DNA of 64,000 nt from Opitutia bacterium (GCA_003142955.1 PLOH01000072.1:16539-80538), one strand, 5' to 3'; positions 1-10,126 are shown, numbered from the stretch's first letter. Numbers and translations are program-made. The notes: generated by a model not told the origin, from the letters alone.

Positions 1-239
1 CCTCCCACCAGCCAGCCGAGCCCCCAGGCGGCGAAGCCCATCGCGACGTTGGTAACAAGCAGTACGGCATGGCTGGGGCGCAACGATCCGCGCGACAGCC
101 GGGTCTGCAGAAACACCAGGAACAGCATGGCGACAACCAGCCACCGGATGGCCCACACGCCCCCGTGCGCCTGGGGCACGAGTGCCCCCAGGACCATGCT
201 CGAGACGAGCGCGACCGTGCGGAGCAGACCGGGTTTCAT
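1..239 (-). CDS. integral membrane protein, N-terminal part only (gene runs off left edge)
   Basis: Not in the ORF track because there is no in-window stop. The reverse complement of 1-239 reads from ATG (237-239): MKPGLLRTVALVSSMVLGALVPQAHGGVWAIRWLVVAMLFLVFLQTRLSRGSLRPSHAVLLVTNVAMGFAAWGLGWLVGG, with no stop and 2-3 hydrophobic helices. Any resemblance to SBF-like (bile acid/Na+ symporter type) transporters is a guess. Confidence 0.45.
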   Translation of the reverse strand, partial: MKPGLLRTVALVSSMVLGALVPQAHGGVWAIRWLVVAMLFLVFLQTRLSRGSLRPSHAVLLVTNVAMGFAAWGLGWLVG

Positions 240-427
240 CGGCGAAAAAGTCCGAGGAAAACGCGCGCTTCGCCCCAAGGCAACGGCGTAGTGCGAGAAG
301 TCAGCCGACGCGATTCTGCCGTGGCCGTCGCTGGCGTCCCCCGGGCTTCGGCCACCGTTTGCCTACGATTTCTGGCAGCTCATCCCCGCAAAAACGGCTC
401 GCACCGAGAACGCCAGCCCGCCAACGA

Positions 428-922
428 TCAATCCTGGTTCCGTCCGCGGCCCTTTTTCGTATCCGGGGTCTCTGGCGCGGATGCAGCGGGCGGATTCGAT
501 TTTGGGGACGGATTGAGGAGCCCGTCCACGACGGTGTGCACCATGAAATCCGGCGTCTTCATGAATGCGGTTGGGCGAAAATAGCGGACGCTGGCGAGGA
601 GGCGGTCCGTCGTGGCGTCGCGGAGGCTCAGGCCGAGCGAAATGAGGTAGTCTTTGAAATCCCAATCCCAGTGGTCCTCGTAGATGAGGTAGACTTTGAC
701 GTCTCGGGGCATGAGCGTCAGGGGACCGCTCTCAGCCTGGAAGCCGCGGGCGTGCAGAGCCTTGACGATCAGCGCATCGAGCCCGTGGTTATCGTTGAGG
801 CTTTGTTGGACGTAGATGTGCTTGAACCGGCTCAGGTTGGCATTGGGCTCGACATGAGTGTCAAGCGTGGAGCAGCCGGCAAGGCTCAATCCGATCAGGA
901 GCAAAGGGCCGAACAGTTTCAT
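428..922 (-). CDS. lipoprotein of unknown function
   Basis: Internal ATG of ORF 428..1372(-). The N-terminus MKLFGPLLLIGLSLAGC has a lipobox (LAGC). The upstream part of the ORF is low-complexity shadow of the zur gene on the other strand. Confidence 0.7.
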   Translation of the reverse strand: MKLFGPLLLIGLSLAGCSTLDTHVEPNANLSRFKHIYVQQSLNDNHGLDALIVKALHARGFQAESGPLTLMPRDVKVYLIYEDHWDWDFKDYLISLGLSLRDATTDRLLASVRYFRPTAFMKTPDFMVHTVVDGLLNPSPKSNPPAASAPETPDTKKGRGRNQD

Positions 923-1001
923 GACCAGTGCGACACGGCGAAAGCGGAAAGGTTTACCGGGATGACCGCTCGTCGCGAGCACGAAAGCGGATGCGGAGAA
1001 T

Positions 1002-1017
1002 TGATACTTGCTTATCA
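1002..1017. promoter_or_regulatory. candidate Fur-family (Zur) operator, TGATA-N6-TATCA
   Basis: tgatacttgcttatca sits in an AT-rich patch (ttgatacttgcttatcataatcc) inside otherwise GC-rich DNA, directly upstream of the Fur-family gene that heads the znu operon. Confidence 0.35.
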
Positions 1018-1042
1018 TAATCCACGGGGCGATCGTCGGGTC

Positions 1043-1420
1043 GTGCCGTACACTACCCAGCAGAAGCGCACGTTGACCGGTGTGATCCTGCACGCTGATC
1101 GCCCGCTCACTCCCGCGGAAATCTGCCAGGTCGGGAGGAAGGCGATTCCCTCGCTGGGGATCGCCACCGTCTATCGGGCGCTCCGGCGGTTGATCGAGGA
1201 AAGGCGGGTTCGGCTCGTGGAGATTCCAGGGGCGGTTCCGCACTACGAGTCCACGGCGCGGCAGCACCACCATTTCTTTTTTTGCCGGCACTGCCGGCGC
1301 TTGTCTAGTCTGGTGGGCTGCGTTCCCGGCGTGCGTGGACTCGCCCCCCGGGGCTTCGCGGTGGAAGCGCATGAAATCGTGCTGTACGGTCGATGCGCGA
1401 ATTGCCGGGGAAAAGCGTGA
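1043..1420 (+). CDS. zur: Fur-family metalloregulator, probably Zur
   Basis: C-terminal part of ORF 182..1420. It has a winged-helix region (TTQQKRTLTGVILHADRPLTPAEICQ...IATVYRALRRL) and two CxxC pairs (FCRHCRR, RCANCRG). Its stop overlaps a znuA ATG (TGATG). GTG 1043 is preferred as the start because the AT-rich palindrome lies at 1002-1017; ATG 962 is the alternative. Confidence 0.8.
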   Translation: MPYTTQQKRTLTGVILHADRPLTPAEICQVGRKAIPSLGIATVYRALRRLIEERRVRLVEIPGAVPHYESTARQHHHFFFCRHCRRLSSLVGCVPGVRGLAPRGFAVEAHEIVLYGRCANCRGKA

Positions 1421-2316
1421 TGGGCCACCACCCGATGCGAAGGGAGGCCCGGTGCCGATCGGTCACGCTGCTGCTCGCGTTTCTGGGTGTGGCGCCACTG
1501 GCGTCGGCTGGCCCCAGGTCGTTGCGGATCCTCACTTCTTTCTACCCGATGTATGTCATGACGCTGAACGTCGCGGGCAATGCCCCGGGCGTCTCCGTGG
1601 AATGTCTCACGAAGCCCTCCACCGGCTGTCTTCACGACTACCAGCTCTCGCCCGGCGATCTGGTGGCGCTGACTCGGGCGGATGTGTTTGTCGCCAACGG
1701 CGCCGGAATGGAAACGTTCATCGACAAGGCGGTCAGGCAGGCGCCGGGGCTCAATGTGATCGAGGCGGGCGCCGGGATGGCACTCGCCGACGGCGGCAAC
1801 CCTCATCTCTGGGTGAGCATCAGCGGGGCCATTGACGAGACCACCGCCATCGCCCGCGGTCTGGCCGCCGTCGATCCCGATCGCGCCAAGGTTTACGAAG
1901 AAAACGCGGCGGATTACGTGGCGACCCTCGCCCGCTTGCGGGCGCGGATGCACGCCGCGCTCGACGGTCTGCAACACCGCCAGATCATTACGTTTCACGA
2001 GGCTTTTCCGTATTTCGCCCGCGAGTTCGGGCTGGATATCGTTGGCGTCATCGAACGCGAGCCCGGTTCCGAGCCGGGCGCCCGGGAGCTGGCGCGGACC
2101 ATTGATCTGGTGAGGTTGAGCGGAGTTCGCGCGATCTTCGCGGAGCCACAATACCCGGCGAAGAGCGCCGGGATCATCCGGCGGGAGACCGGTGTAGCCG
2201 TGGCGCTGCTCGATCCGGCGGCGACCGGCGATCTGGAGCCTGCGAAAGCCCGGCGCTCGTATTGTGAAACGATGGAGCGGAATCTGGCGGTGCTCGTCCA
2301 GGCTCTCGCGGACTAA
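1393..2316 (+). CDS. znuA: periplasmic metal (Zn/Mn) binding protein, TroA/ZnuA family
   Basis: Signal peptide (VTLLLAFLGVAPLASAG). Cluster-9 SBP hallmarks: ILTSFYPMY, CLHDYQLSP, NPHLWVS, ITFHEAFPYFAREFGL. Operon context with ABC ATPase and permease genes. An alternative start at 1420 overlaps the zur stop. Confidence 0.85.
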   Translation: MRELPGKSVMGHHPMRREARCRSVTLLLAFLGVAPLASAGPRSLRILTSFYPMYVMTLNVAGNAPGVSVECLTKPSTGCLHDYQLSPGDLVALTRADVFVANGAGMETFIDKAVRQAPGLNVIEAGAGMALADGGNPHLWVSISGAIDETTAIARGLAAVDPDRAKVYEENAADYVATLARLRARMHAALDGLQHRQIITFHEAFPYFAREFGLDIVGVIEREPGSEPGARELARTIDLVRLSGVRAIFAEPQYPAKSAGIIRRETGVAVALLDPAATGDLEPAKARRSYCETMERNLAVLVQALAD

Positions 2317-2336
2317 ACCAAGCGGGCGCCATCCGC

Positions 2337-3125
2337 ATGGAAAACCTTCACCACCACCACGTCGGCCTGGCTCCCCACCGCTGCGGCGAGTGCTGTACCC
2401 GGATCGAGAAGCTGAATGTCACGCTGAACCGTCAGCCGGTTCTGGAAGACATCACGCTGCACCTTCATTGCGGTGAACTCACCACGCTCGTCGGGCCCAA
2501 CGGTGCCGGGAAATCGATGCTCCTCAAGGCGATCCTGGGCGAAGTGTCCCACGGAGGGACCATCCATTTTCTCCCGGTGGCCGGCCATGGACGGGAAGAT
2601 GCTCCGGTGATTGGGTACATGCCGCAGCAGCTCGATTTTGACCGCAACTCCCCGGTCAATGTCCACGATCTGTTTGCGATGGCTGCCTCCCGCTGGCCGG
2701 TGGCCCTGTGGTATTCGCGACGCACCCGTCGGGCGGCGCTCGAATCCCTGCGCTATGTCGAGGCGGAGCCTCTGATCGACCGCCGACTCGGACAGCTTTC
2801 GGGCGGTGAATTGCAGCGCGTCCTGCTGGCGCTGTCGCTGACGCCCATGCCGAATCTCCTGCTCCTCGACGAGCCGGTCTCCGGCATCGACGCCGCGGGC
2901 CGGGAACTGTTCTACCGTACGGTATCGGATTTGCGGCGACGCTTTGACCTGTCGATCCTCATGGTGTCTCACGATCTGGCCGGCGTCACGGCGGTGTCCG
3001 ACCGCATCGTGTTCCTGAATCGCCGCATCGTGTGTCTCGGCCGCCCCGCTGAAGTCGTCGCCAATCGCGAATTGCGGCGGACCTTCGGCCTTGATCTCGG
3101 TCCGCTGGAGGCCAGCCGCCCATGA
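2337..3125 (+). CDS. znuC: metal ABC transporter ATP-binding protein
   Basis: Walker A GPNGAGKS, signature LSGGELQR, Walker B LLLLDEP, H-loop MVSHD. Confidence 0.9.
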   Translation: MENLHHHHVGLAPHRCGECCTRIEKLNVTLNRQPVLEDITLHLHCGELTTLVGPNGAGKSMLLKAILGEVSHGGTIHFLPVAGHGREDAPVIGYMPQQLDFDRNSPVNVHDLFAMAASRWPVALWYSRRTRRAALESLRYVEAEPLIDRRLGQLSGGELQRVLLALSLTPMPNLLLLDEPVSGIDAAGRELFYRTVSDLRRRFDLSILMVSHDLAGVTAVSDRIVFLNRRIVCLGRPAEVVANRELRRTFGLDLGPLEASRP

Positions 3126-3967
3126 ACCTGCTGCACGCGGTCATATCCCGGCTGCCCTTCGAATGGGCGCACTTTGAGTTCATGCGCAACGCCCTCCTGG
3201 CGGTGATCATCGTGGCGCCGCTGTTCGCCCTGATCGGGACGCTGGTGGTCAACAACCGGATGGCGTTTTTCTCCGATGCCATCGGGCATGCTTCGCTGAC
3301 CGGACTGGGGCTGGGCGTTCTCCTCGGGCTGGCCGATCCGTTCTGGGCGCTCATCGGCTTTGCCCTGTTGTTGGGCGTGGGGATCCTCGCGTTGCAGCGG
3401 TTCACGCGGTCCACGATGGACACGGTGATCTCCATCAGCATGTGCTTCAGTCTCGCCCTCGGCGTGGTGTTGCTCTCGCACGGCGGCGGTTTCAACCGGT
3501 TCAGTTCCTATCTGATTGGCGATCTCTTGAGCATCACCCCTCGGGAGATCGGCCGACTCCTGGTCACAAGCGTCCTGGTCGGCGGGGGACTGCTGCTCGG
3601 CTACAACCGGATCCTGCTGATCGGTCTGAACGAGTCGCTCGCCCGCAGCCGGGGTCGCAGCGCGTGGTGGCCGCAGCTGTTCTTTTGCGCGGCGATCGCC
3701 CTGGTCGTCACCATGAATCTTGGCTGGGTCGGCATCCTGATCATCAACTCCCTGCTGGTGCTCCCGGCCGCGGCGGCCCGTAACATCGCGCACGATGCCC
3801 GCCAGTACGTCCTTTTTACCGTCGGCATTTCGCTGTTTTGCGGCGTGGCCGGCCTGATCGCCTCCTTCTACGCGAACACCGCCACCGGTGCGACCATCGT
3901 GCTCGTGGCCATGGGCTGCTACCTGGCGACCCTCGGCGTCAAATGGTGGACAGCGAGGGCAGACTGA
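3122..3967 (+). CDS. znuB: metal ABC transporter permease (ABC-3 family)
   Basis: 281 aa with multiple TM helices. The ATGA start overlaps the znuC stop. Typical ABC-3 motifs (FFSDAIGHASLTG, LLVLPAAAAR). Confidence 0.9.
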   Translation: MNLLHAVISRLPFEWAHFEFMRNALLAVIIVAPLFALIGTLVVNNRMAFFSDAIGHASLTGLGLGVLLGLADPFWALIGFALLLGVGILALQRFTRSTMDTVISISMCFSLALGVVLLSHGGGFNRFSSYLIGDLLSITPREIGRLLVTSVLVGGGLLLGYNRILLIGLNESLARSRGRSAWWPQLFFCAAIALVVTMNLGWVGILIINSLLVLPAAAARNIAHDARQYVLFTVGISLFCGVAGLIASFYANTATGATIVLVAMGCYLATLGVKWWTARAD

Positions 3968-4218
3968 CCGGTCGCGCCGTCGGCAATACCCCACCTGCCC
4001 AGCCGCGGCGGTGCGTAACGGCTTCATCGTCGCAGCTGAAGCTCGGAAGGGTTCGGGCCGCGGGAGACCCTTGCCATCGCACCCCCAGCCATTTTTCGCC
4101 GGACTGCCGGATCATTCCCGCTGCCGACCTCAGCGAGCCTTCAGACCGTCAACCCATATCACCACTTGCCAGCCTCGAAATCTGCTGTTCTAATCAATCA
4201 GATGATCGACATCTTCGG

Positions 4219-7200
4219 TTGCCTCCCGACGGGATACGTTTAGCTCGGCGAATCGGAAAATGCATAACCGCCCCCCGGTTCGGTTTGCGCGTGTTGATCG
4301 TCTGTCTGTCGGTTGCTCCGTTGCTGGGCGGCCTTCGGGTTATTGCCGCGGATAACGCATCCGCCGCGTCGGTCACAACGATCACGGAACCGGCCCAAGC
4401 TTGGGCGTTGCCGAGCGATCAGAAGTCGATCGTGTATCCGCTGCGCCTCGAAGGCCGCGTCAACTACGTCGATCCCCGCTGGAGGAACCTTTGGCTCGGA
4501 CCGGGCGGCATGGGAACCTACGTTTTCTTGTCATCCAATCCGCCCCACCTCCGCCAGGGACAGCACGTACTCATCGAAGGAACCATCCTGCCGGTCAAAG
4601 GCCTCGATGCCGATGCGGTGACCGTGAAGGTGTTGCAGGAATATGAGCCGGTTGAACCAATCAACGTCGCCGGAAGAATCGGCGACGTCAATGCCCTCAA
4701 CTGCAGGAATGTGACGGCGCAGGCCTACGTCGATTGGCAGCAACAGACGGACGACGATCATGTTCGCCTCTCGATGATCATCGACGATCAGCCGGTGACC
4801 GGCTACGTGAAGCCCGACGACCCTCACGCCGCTCCGAACCTGGCTGGCAGCTTCATTCGGATGAATGGCATGTATCAGGGGCGCTTCGATCCGACGCAGA
4901 CGGCGCTCACCATTGAAATCTGGACGGCGCGGCAGGCGGATGTCACGGTCCTGGGTTCAATCGCCAATTCCCCCCGGTTCGACCTGCCAAGGACGCCGAT
5001 CAACGAGATTTATCAGGCCGCGCCTGGCCGGGAAATCCGGGTTCGTGGGCGCGTCGTGTCCGCCCAACCGGGTTCGAACTTTGTTGTGCGCGACGAGACG
5101 GGGCAGGTGGTCGTCAGCACAGTCCAAATGCAGCGAATGCCGGTGGGCACGGAGGTTGACGCGTTGGGTCGCGTGGCTTTCGGCAACGCCCAGTGGGTGC
5201 TGCGCTCCGGCTTGGTGCGGGTCGCGCAATTGCCGCCGGTCAGCCTGCGCGCGCAGCCTGCGCCCCCGGCCGTGTTGACGAGCATCGATCAGATTCGCCA
5301 GTTAAACATCGAGGAAGCGGCGCAGGGCCGGCCAGTTGAGATCAAGGGCTGCGTTACGTGGTCTTTCCCCGGCGTAGATTTTTTCTTCGTCGAGGATATT
5401 AGCGGCGGCGTCCGCGTGCGCTACCGGCGCGACCAAATGGAGGCGCCACCCCGCATGAAGTATCTTCAGATCACTGGGGTCACCTACAATGGCGGCTTCG
5501 CTCCCGCCGTGGAACTCAGACAATCCAAGGACCTCGGCGCCATGAGCCCGCCGCCGGTCAACGGCATCAGCTACGACCAGGTGGTCACGGGCGCGGAGGA
5601 CGGTCAGTTGGTCGACATGCGGGGATTTTATCAACGCACGGAGCCGGCCGGTGCGTTTCGGAAGATCTATGTGACAACGCCCGCAGGTGAGTTTGTGGCT
5701 CTGCTGAGATCGACGGACAAGTTCGAGTGTACGCCCGGATCCCTGATTCGAGTGCGCGGGGCGTGCGAATCGATGACGGACGAAAACGGCCGGATCACCG
5801 GGATCATGCTACGGGTTTCGTCGCTGGCGTATATCATCGTCGAGGAGGACGCCCCGGCCGACTTCTACGATCTGCCGTTGCGATCGATCAGCCATCTCCG
5901 GCAGCTCAGCACGGCGCGCGATCTGACGCGCGTCCGGGTTTCCGGCGTTGTGCTTCAGGCGACGCCCGGTCGTTCCGTCTACCTGCAGGAGGACGATGCG
6001 GGGCTCCTGCTGCTGAGCCACGAGTCGACGCCGCTCACACCCGGCGACAGAATCGAAGCGGTAGGCATCCTCGGATGGGAAGGCGTTCGCACGGTTCTGC
6101 GGGAAGCCGTGTACCGAAAGACGGGCGCCGGCCCGGCGCCGGCGCCGGCGCGACTCCAAGATCCCGCGAACCTGTCAGTGGCGCTCGATTCCCGACTGGT
6201 GCGCGTGCGCGGGGAATTGATCGATGTCGTACGGCGTGCGGACCAACAGACGCGTCTCACCTTGCAGGCTGGCACCACATTCTTCGAAGCCGTCCTCGAC
6301 GAACCTCCCCGGGCCGCGGCGCCCTTCGATTTCACGGTTGGAACGGGTCTGGAACTAACGGGAATCTACCGGATCGTGTTCGACGACTCGCGCCAGTCAC
6401 GCAGCTTCCAGTTGCAGTTGCGCTCGCCGCAGGATGTCGCGGTGTATCAACAGGCGCGCGTGTGGACCGTGCAGCGGGCGCTGATCACCACCGCGATTCT
6501 GGGCGGGTTCACGCTGCTGGGACTGGCCTGGGTCACCGCGCTCCGGCGCCGCGTGCGGAAGCAGACCGCGCAGATTCGCGCGCAACTCGAACGCCAGGCG
6601 CAGCTCGAAGCCGAGGTGCAGCGCGCCACCCGGCTTGAATCCCTCGGCGTGCTCGCCGGTGGCATCGCCCACGACTTCAACAATCTGCTTACGATCGTGA
6701 TGGGCAACCTCACTTTGGCCATGCTCGACGAAAAGGCCATGGAAGCGGTCGGTGAATGCCTGCGCGACTGCCAAAGTGGTGCCATGCGCGCCCGCGATCT
6801 TACCCAGCAACTCCTCACGTTTGCGAAAGGGGGCAGTCCGGTGCGCTCCACGGTCTCGCTACCCGACATTGTGCGGGAAACCGCCGAGTTTGTTCTCCAC
6901 GGATCCAACGCACGCTGCGAGTACGATCTGCCGGACAAGCTTTGGAGCGCCAGCGTCGACCGGGACCAGATCGCCCAGGTGATTCAGAACCTCGTCCTCA
7001 ACGCCGTGCAGGCGATGCCCGGCGGCGGAATCATCCAGATTGCCCTGCGCAACGAGGAAATCGCCCCGGGGGCCAATGCCGCACTCGCGCCCGGCCGCTA
7101 TCTCCGGCTCGCGATCTCCGACTCCGGCCACGGCATCCCGCCCGAAACCCTGCCGCGCATTTTCGATCCGTATTTTTCGACCAAGAAAACGGGCAGCGGC

Positions 7201-7791
7201 CTCGGCCTCGCCACCGTCTATTCGATCGTCAAGAAACATCAGGGGCACATTCAGGTCGAATCGACGCCCGGCCGCGGCGCGACTTTCACCCTGTGGCTTC
7301 CCGCCGCCAATCCCGATGCGCCCGTTCCCGCCCCGTCGCCGGCGCTGGCGCCGGCGGACGCCGGCTCTCTGCTCCCGAGGAAGACCGCCCGCGTGCTGCT
7401 GATGGACGATGAGGAATCCATCCGCCGGCTCGGCGCGTCCTTGCTGCAGCGGATGGATCTCGATGCCACGGTGGTCAGCGACGGGGCCGAGGCCGTGCGC
7501 GAGTTTTGTATCGCGCGCGACGCGGGCCGACCCTTCGCCCTGCTTATCCTCGACCTCACGATTCCTGGCGGCATGGGTGGCCGGGAAGCAATCGAGTGTA
7601 TCCGCGCCCTGGACGCTGAAGTGCCCGCCATCGTTTCCAGTGGCTACTCCAACGATCCGGTGCTGGCCGATTTTCGGCGCCACGGTTTTCAGGCCATGGT
7701 GCCCAAGCCGTACGACGTCAACCAGCTTGGCCAGACGATCAGGCAACTCCTGGCGCAGCACGACGAGCCGAGCGACAGGATTGGTCTGTAG
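4219..7791 (+). CDS. hybrid sensor histidine kinase / response regulator with a very large periplasmic domain
   Basis: ORF 3838..7791. H-box GGIAHDFNNLLTIV; ATPase boxes QNLVLNAVQAM, DSGHGI, GSGLGLATVYSIV. C-terminal receiver VLLMDDEE...LLILDLTIPGGMGG...VPKP. TM helix ALITTAILGGFTLLGLAWVTAL. The start must lie after the znuB stop (3967). In-frame candidates are TTG 4219, TTG 4285 and GTG 4291, all giving a signal-anchor (RVLIVCLSVAPLLGGLRVIAA). Confidence 0.85.
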   Translation: MPPDGIRLARRIGKCITAPRFGLRVLIVCLSVAPLLGGLRVIAADNASAASVTTITEPAQAWALPSDQKSIVYPLRLEGRVNYVDPRWRNLWLGPGGMGTYVFLSSNPPHLRQGQHVLIEGTILPVKGLDADAVTVKVLQEYEPVEPINVAGRIGDVNALNCRNVTAQAYVDWQQQTDDDHVRLSMIIDDQPVTGYVKPDDPHAAPNLAGSFIRMNGMYQGRFDPTQTALTIEIWTARQADVTVLGSIANSPRFDLPRTPINEIYQAAPGREIRVRGRVVSAQPGSNFVVRDETGQVVVSTVQMQRMPVGTEVDALGRVAFGNAQWVLRSGLVRVAQLPPVSLRAQPAPPAVLTSIDQIRQLNIEEAAQGRPVEIKGCVTWSFPGVDFFFVEDISGGVRVRYRRDQMEAPPRMKYLQITGVTYNGGFAPAVELRQSKDLGAMSPPPVNGISYDQVVTGAEDGQLVDMRGFYQRTEPAGAFRKIYVTTPAGEFVALLRSTDKFECTPGSLIRVRGACESMTDENGRITGIMLRVSSLAYIIVEEDAPADFYDLPLRSISHLRQLSTARDLTRVRVSGVVLQATPGRSVYLQEDDAGLLLLSHESTPLTPGDRIEAVGILGWEGVRTVLREAVYRKTGAGPAPAPARLQDPANLSVALDSRLVRVRGELIDVVRRADQQTRLTLQAGTTFFEAVLDEPPRAAAPFDFTVGTGLELTGIYRIVFDDSRQSRSFQLQLRSPQDVAVYQQARVWTVQRALITTAILGGFTLLGLAWVTALRRRVRKQTAQIRAQLERQAQLEAEVQRATRLESLGVLAGGIAHDFNNLLTIVMGNLTLAMLDEKAMEAVGECLRDCQSGAMRARDLTQQLLTFAKGGSPVRSTVSLPDIVRETAEFVLHGSNARCEYDLPDKLWSASVDRDQIAQVIQNLVLNAVQAMPGGGIIQIALRNEEIAPGANAALAPGRYLRLAISDSGHGIPPETLPRIFDPYFSTKKTGSGLGLATVYSIVKKHQGHIQVESTPGRGATFTLWLPAANPDAPVPAPSPALAPADAGSLLPRKTARVLLMDDEESIRRLGASLLQRMDLDATVVSDGAEAVREFCIARDAGRPFALLILDLTIPGGMGGREAIECIRALDAEVPAIVSSGYSNDPVLADFRRHGFQAMVPKPYDVNQLGQTIRQLLAQHDEPSDRIGL

Positions 7792-8094
7792 GGTCGGAGC
7801 AATCTTCTGTCCTCCTCGGGGAGACGGCATCCGTGGCCGAGATCAGGCGGTCTTTCGGGAGACGGCTGTTGAACGGTTTCGCTCCTGCAGTGGGGGTAAA
7901 CGCTGCCGGCAGGCAGGTCCCGGCGTTTTGCAATCTCGCGCCACGCCCCTCCGTTTCCGCGCCCCGGTGGGAACTCTGTCGAGAGGGTGGCCAGGCGTCC
8001 GTGCAGCCCGAAAACAATCCAGCATTGACCGCCGGTGCGGCGGTCCCGTATCGTGACCAATTCCGTTGATCGCCATCCTTTTCTATCTGCCGAA

Positions 8095-9417
8095 GTGAAC
8101 ATCGAACTCAAAGACCTTTCCGAAACCCGCAAGAGCCTCGTCGTGACGCTCGACCAGAGCGAAGTCGACACCGAGCACAAGGCCGTGGTGCGCGAGATCG
8201 CCAAGTTTGCCCGATTGCCCGGCTTCCGGCCGGGTCACGCGCCCGCCGACCTGGTGGTGAAGCGGTTCGCCAAGGAGGTGCGGGACGAACTCAAGAGCAA
8301 GGTGGTGGGGAAGGCCTATCGCGGCGGCATCGAGAAGACCAAGCTCGAGGTGGTCAATGTCGTGCAGGTTGACGAGGGCACGATCGAGCCCGGTCTATCC
8401 TCGGCCATCACCTTCACCATCGATGTTCAGGCCCAGTTTGAATTGCCGGAATACCTCGGGATCCCGGTCCAGGTGGCTCCCGTCGAACCGGCTGAAACCG
8501 AGATCGATGCCGTGATCGAGGGTCTGCGGCAGGAGCGCGCGGACTTTAAGGTGGCGGAACGGCCGGCGCAGAAGGGCGATTACGTCAAATTGGCCTATGA
8601 GGGCACGGTCGACGGCAAGCCCGTGGCGGAGCTGGCACCGGACAAACAGATTTACGGGAAGGTCCCGCAGACATGGGAGGAGGTCGAGAGCGAACAGGAC
8701 GGCCTCATTCCCGGCCTCGGCCGGCAACTCGCGGGGCTCAAGCCAGGCGACAAGAAAGACGTGCCGGTGACCTTTCCGGCCGGGTTTACCGCGGCGCCGG
8801 AACTCGGTGGCAAAGCGGCGGTTTATGCCGTCGAGGTGCAGGAGGTGCGGGAGCGCGTTTTGCCATCGCTGGACGAGTCGTTCTTCAAGAGCCAGCATGT
8901 GGAGGGCCTCGATGCACTCCGGCAGCAAGTCCGCCAAAGCCTCAGGCAGCGCAAGGAGTTCGAGAACCGCCGGGCGCTGCGCCAGCAGGTGAGCGAGGCG
9001 CTGGCGGCCCGCATCGAGTTTCCGCTGCCGGAGAGCCTCATCGTCGGGGAGACCCAGGACGTGTTGCGTCGCTTCATGGAAGACAACCTCCGGCGCGGGG
9101 TCCCGGAAGCGGAATTCGAGAAGAACAAGAAAGAGCTCTACGAAAATGCGCGCCGGGCGGCCGTGGGCCGCGTGAAAGTCCAGCTGTTGCTCGCGAAGAT
9201 CGCCGAGAAGGAAAAAATCGCGGTTGACGAGCGCGACCTGGATGGTGCGATCCTGCGCGAGGCTGCGCGATCGAACCAGCGGCCGGAAAAACTGGCCAAG
9301 GAGCTGGCCCGGGATCGCGAACGCATCCGTTCGCTGCAGCAGGCGATCGTTTTCGACAAGGCGCTTGATTTCCTGGTGAGCAAGGCTACCCTCACCACGG
9401 CAGCGCCGAAAGTTTGA
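8095..9417 (+). CDS. tig: trigger factor
   Basis: GTG start giving [19 protein letters not shown]. Ribosome-binding signature GFRPGHAP. Conserved tig-clpP-clpX order. Confidence 0.92.
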   Translation: MNIELKDLSETRKSLVVTLDQSEVDTEHKAVVREIAKFARLPGFRPGHAPADLVVKRFAKEVRDELKSKVVGKAYRGGIEKTKLEVVNVVQVDEGTIEPGLSSAITFTIDVQAQFELPEYLGIPVQVAPVEPAETEIDAVIEGLRQERADFKVAERPAQKGDYVKLAYEGTVDGKPVAELAPDKQIYGKVPQTWEEVESEQDGLIPGLGRQLAGLKPGDKKDVPVTFPAGFTAAPELGGKAAVYAVEVQEVRERVLPSLDESFFKSQHVEGLDALRQQVRQSLRQRKEFENRRALRQQVSEALAARIEFPLPESLIVGETQDVLRRFMEDNLRRGVPEAEFEKNKKELYENARRAAVGRVKVQLLLAKIAEKEKIAVDERDLDGAILREAARSNQRPEKLAKELARDRERIRSLQQAIVFDKALDFLVSKATLTTAAPKV

Positions 9418-9433
9418 GCGAAACGGAATTCTT

Positions 9434-10054
9434 GTGAGCTACTACGTCCCATTTGTCATTGAAAACACCGGCCGCGGGGAGCGGAGCATGGACATTTTCT
9501 CCCGCCTGCTGAAGGACCGCATCATCTTCATCGGCTCGCCGATCGACGATGGCGTGGCCAACGTCGTCATCGGCCAGTTGCTGTTCCTGCAGATGGAGGA
9601 TGCCAAGAAGGACATCCAGCTTTACATCAATTCACCCGGTGGAGTGGTGACGGGCGGAATGGCCATCTACGACGCGATGAACTTCCTGCAATGTGACATC
9701 GCGACTTATTGCATCGGCCAGGCGGCCAGCATGGCCACGGTGTTGCTCGCCGCCGGAACGAAGGGGAAACGCTACGCCCTGCCGAATAGTCGCGTGATGA
9801 TTCACCAGCCGACCGGGGGCGCGGGGGGCCAGACCGCCGATATCGCGATCGCGGCGCGCGAGATCCTCCGCTGGCGCCGCACCCTCAACGAAGTCCTCGC
9901 CCGGCACACGGGCAAGACGCCGGAGCAGATCGACAAGGATTCGGACCGCGACTACCACATGAGTGCGGAAGAAGCCCTCGCCTATGGCATTGTGGACAAG
10001 GTGATGGCTTCCGCGCGCGAGGGGCAGACTCCTGCCACCGTCCAGGCCGCCTGA
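9434..10054 (+). CDS. clpP: ATP-dependent Clp protease proteolytic subunit
   Basis: 206 aa. [19 protein letters not shown], catalytic-Ser context GQAASMA, His context MIHQP. Confidence 0.95.
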   Translation: MSYYVPFVIENTGRGERSMDIFSRLLKDRIIFIGSPIDDGVANVVIGQLLFLQMEDAKKDIQLYINSPGGVVTGGMAIYDAMNFLQCDIATYCIGQAASMATVLLAAGTKGKRYALPNSRVMIHQPTGGAGGQTADIAIAAREILRWRRTLNEVLARHTGKTPEQIDKDSDRDYHMSAEEALAYGIVDKVMASAREGQTPATVQAA

Positions 10055-10126
10055 GGAGCGACACCTCCCACCCGGCAAACGACACTTGCGGTGCACGCTC
10101 AGTCCCTGCCTTAACCTCCCTCTCGC

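Noticed and set aside
3838-4218. N-terminal 127 codons of the 1317-aa ORF for the sensor kinase
   Set aside because: This part overlaps the znuB coding region in another frame (up to 3967) and is Arg-rich nonsense. The signal-anchor begins only at about 4285.
8025-8054. Possible sigma-70 promoter upstream of tig (TTGACC, 17-18 nt spacer, gTATCGt)
   Set aside because: The -10 match is weak, and promoter consensus for this lineage is unknown to me. It is too speculative to list as a feature.
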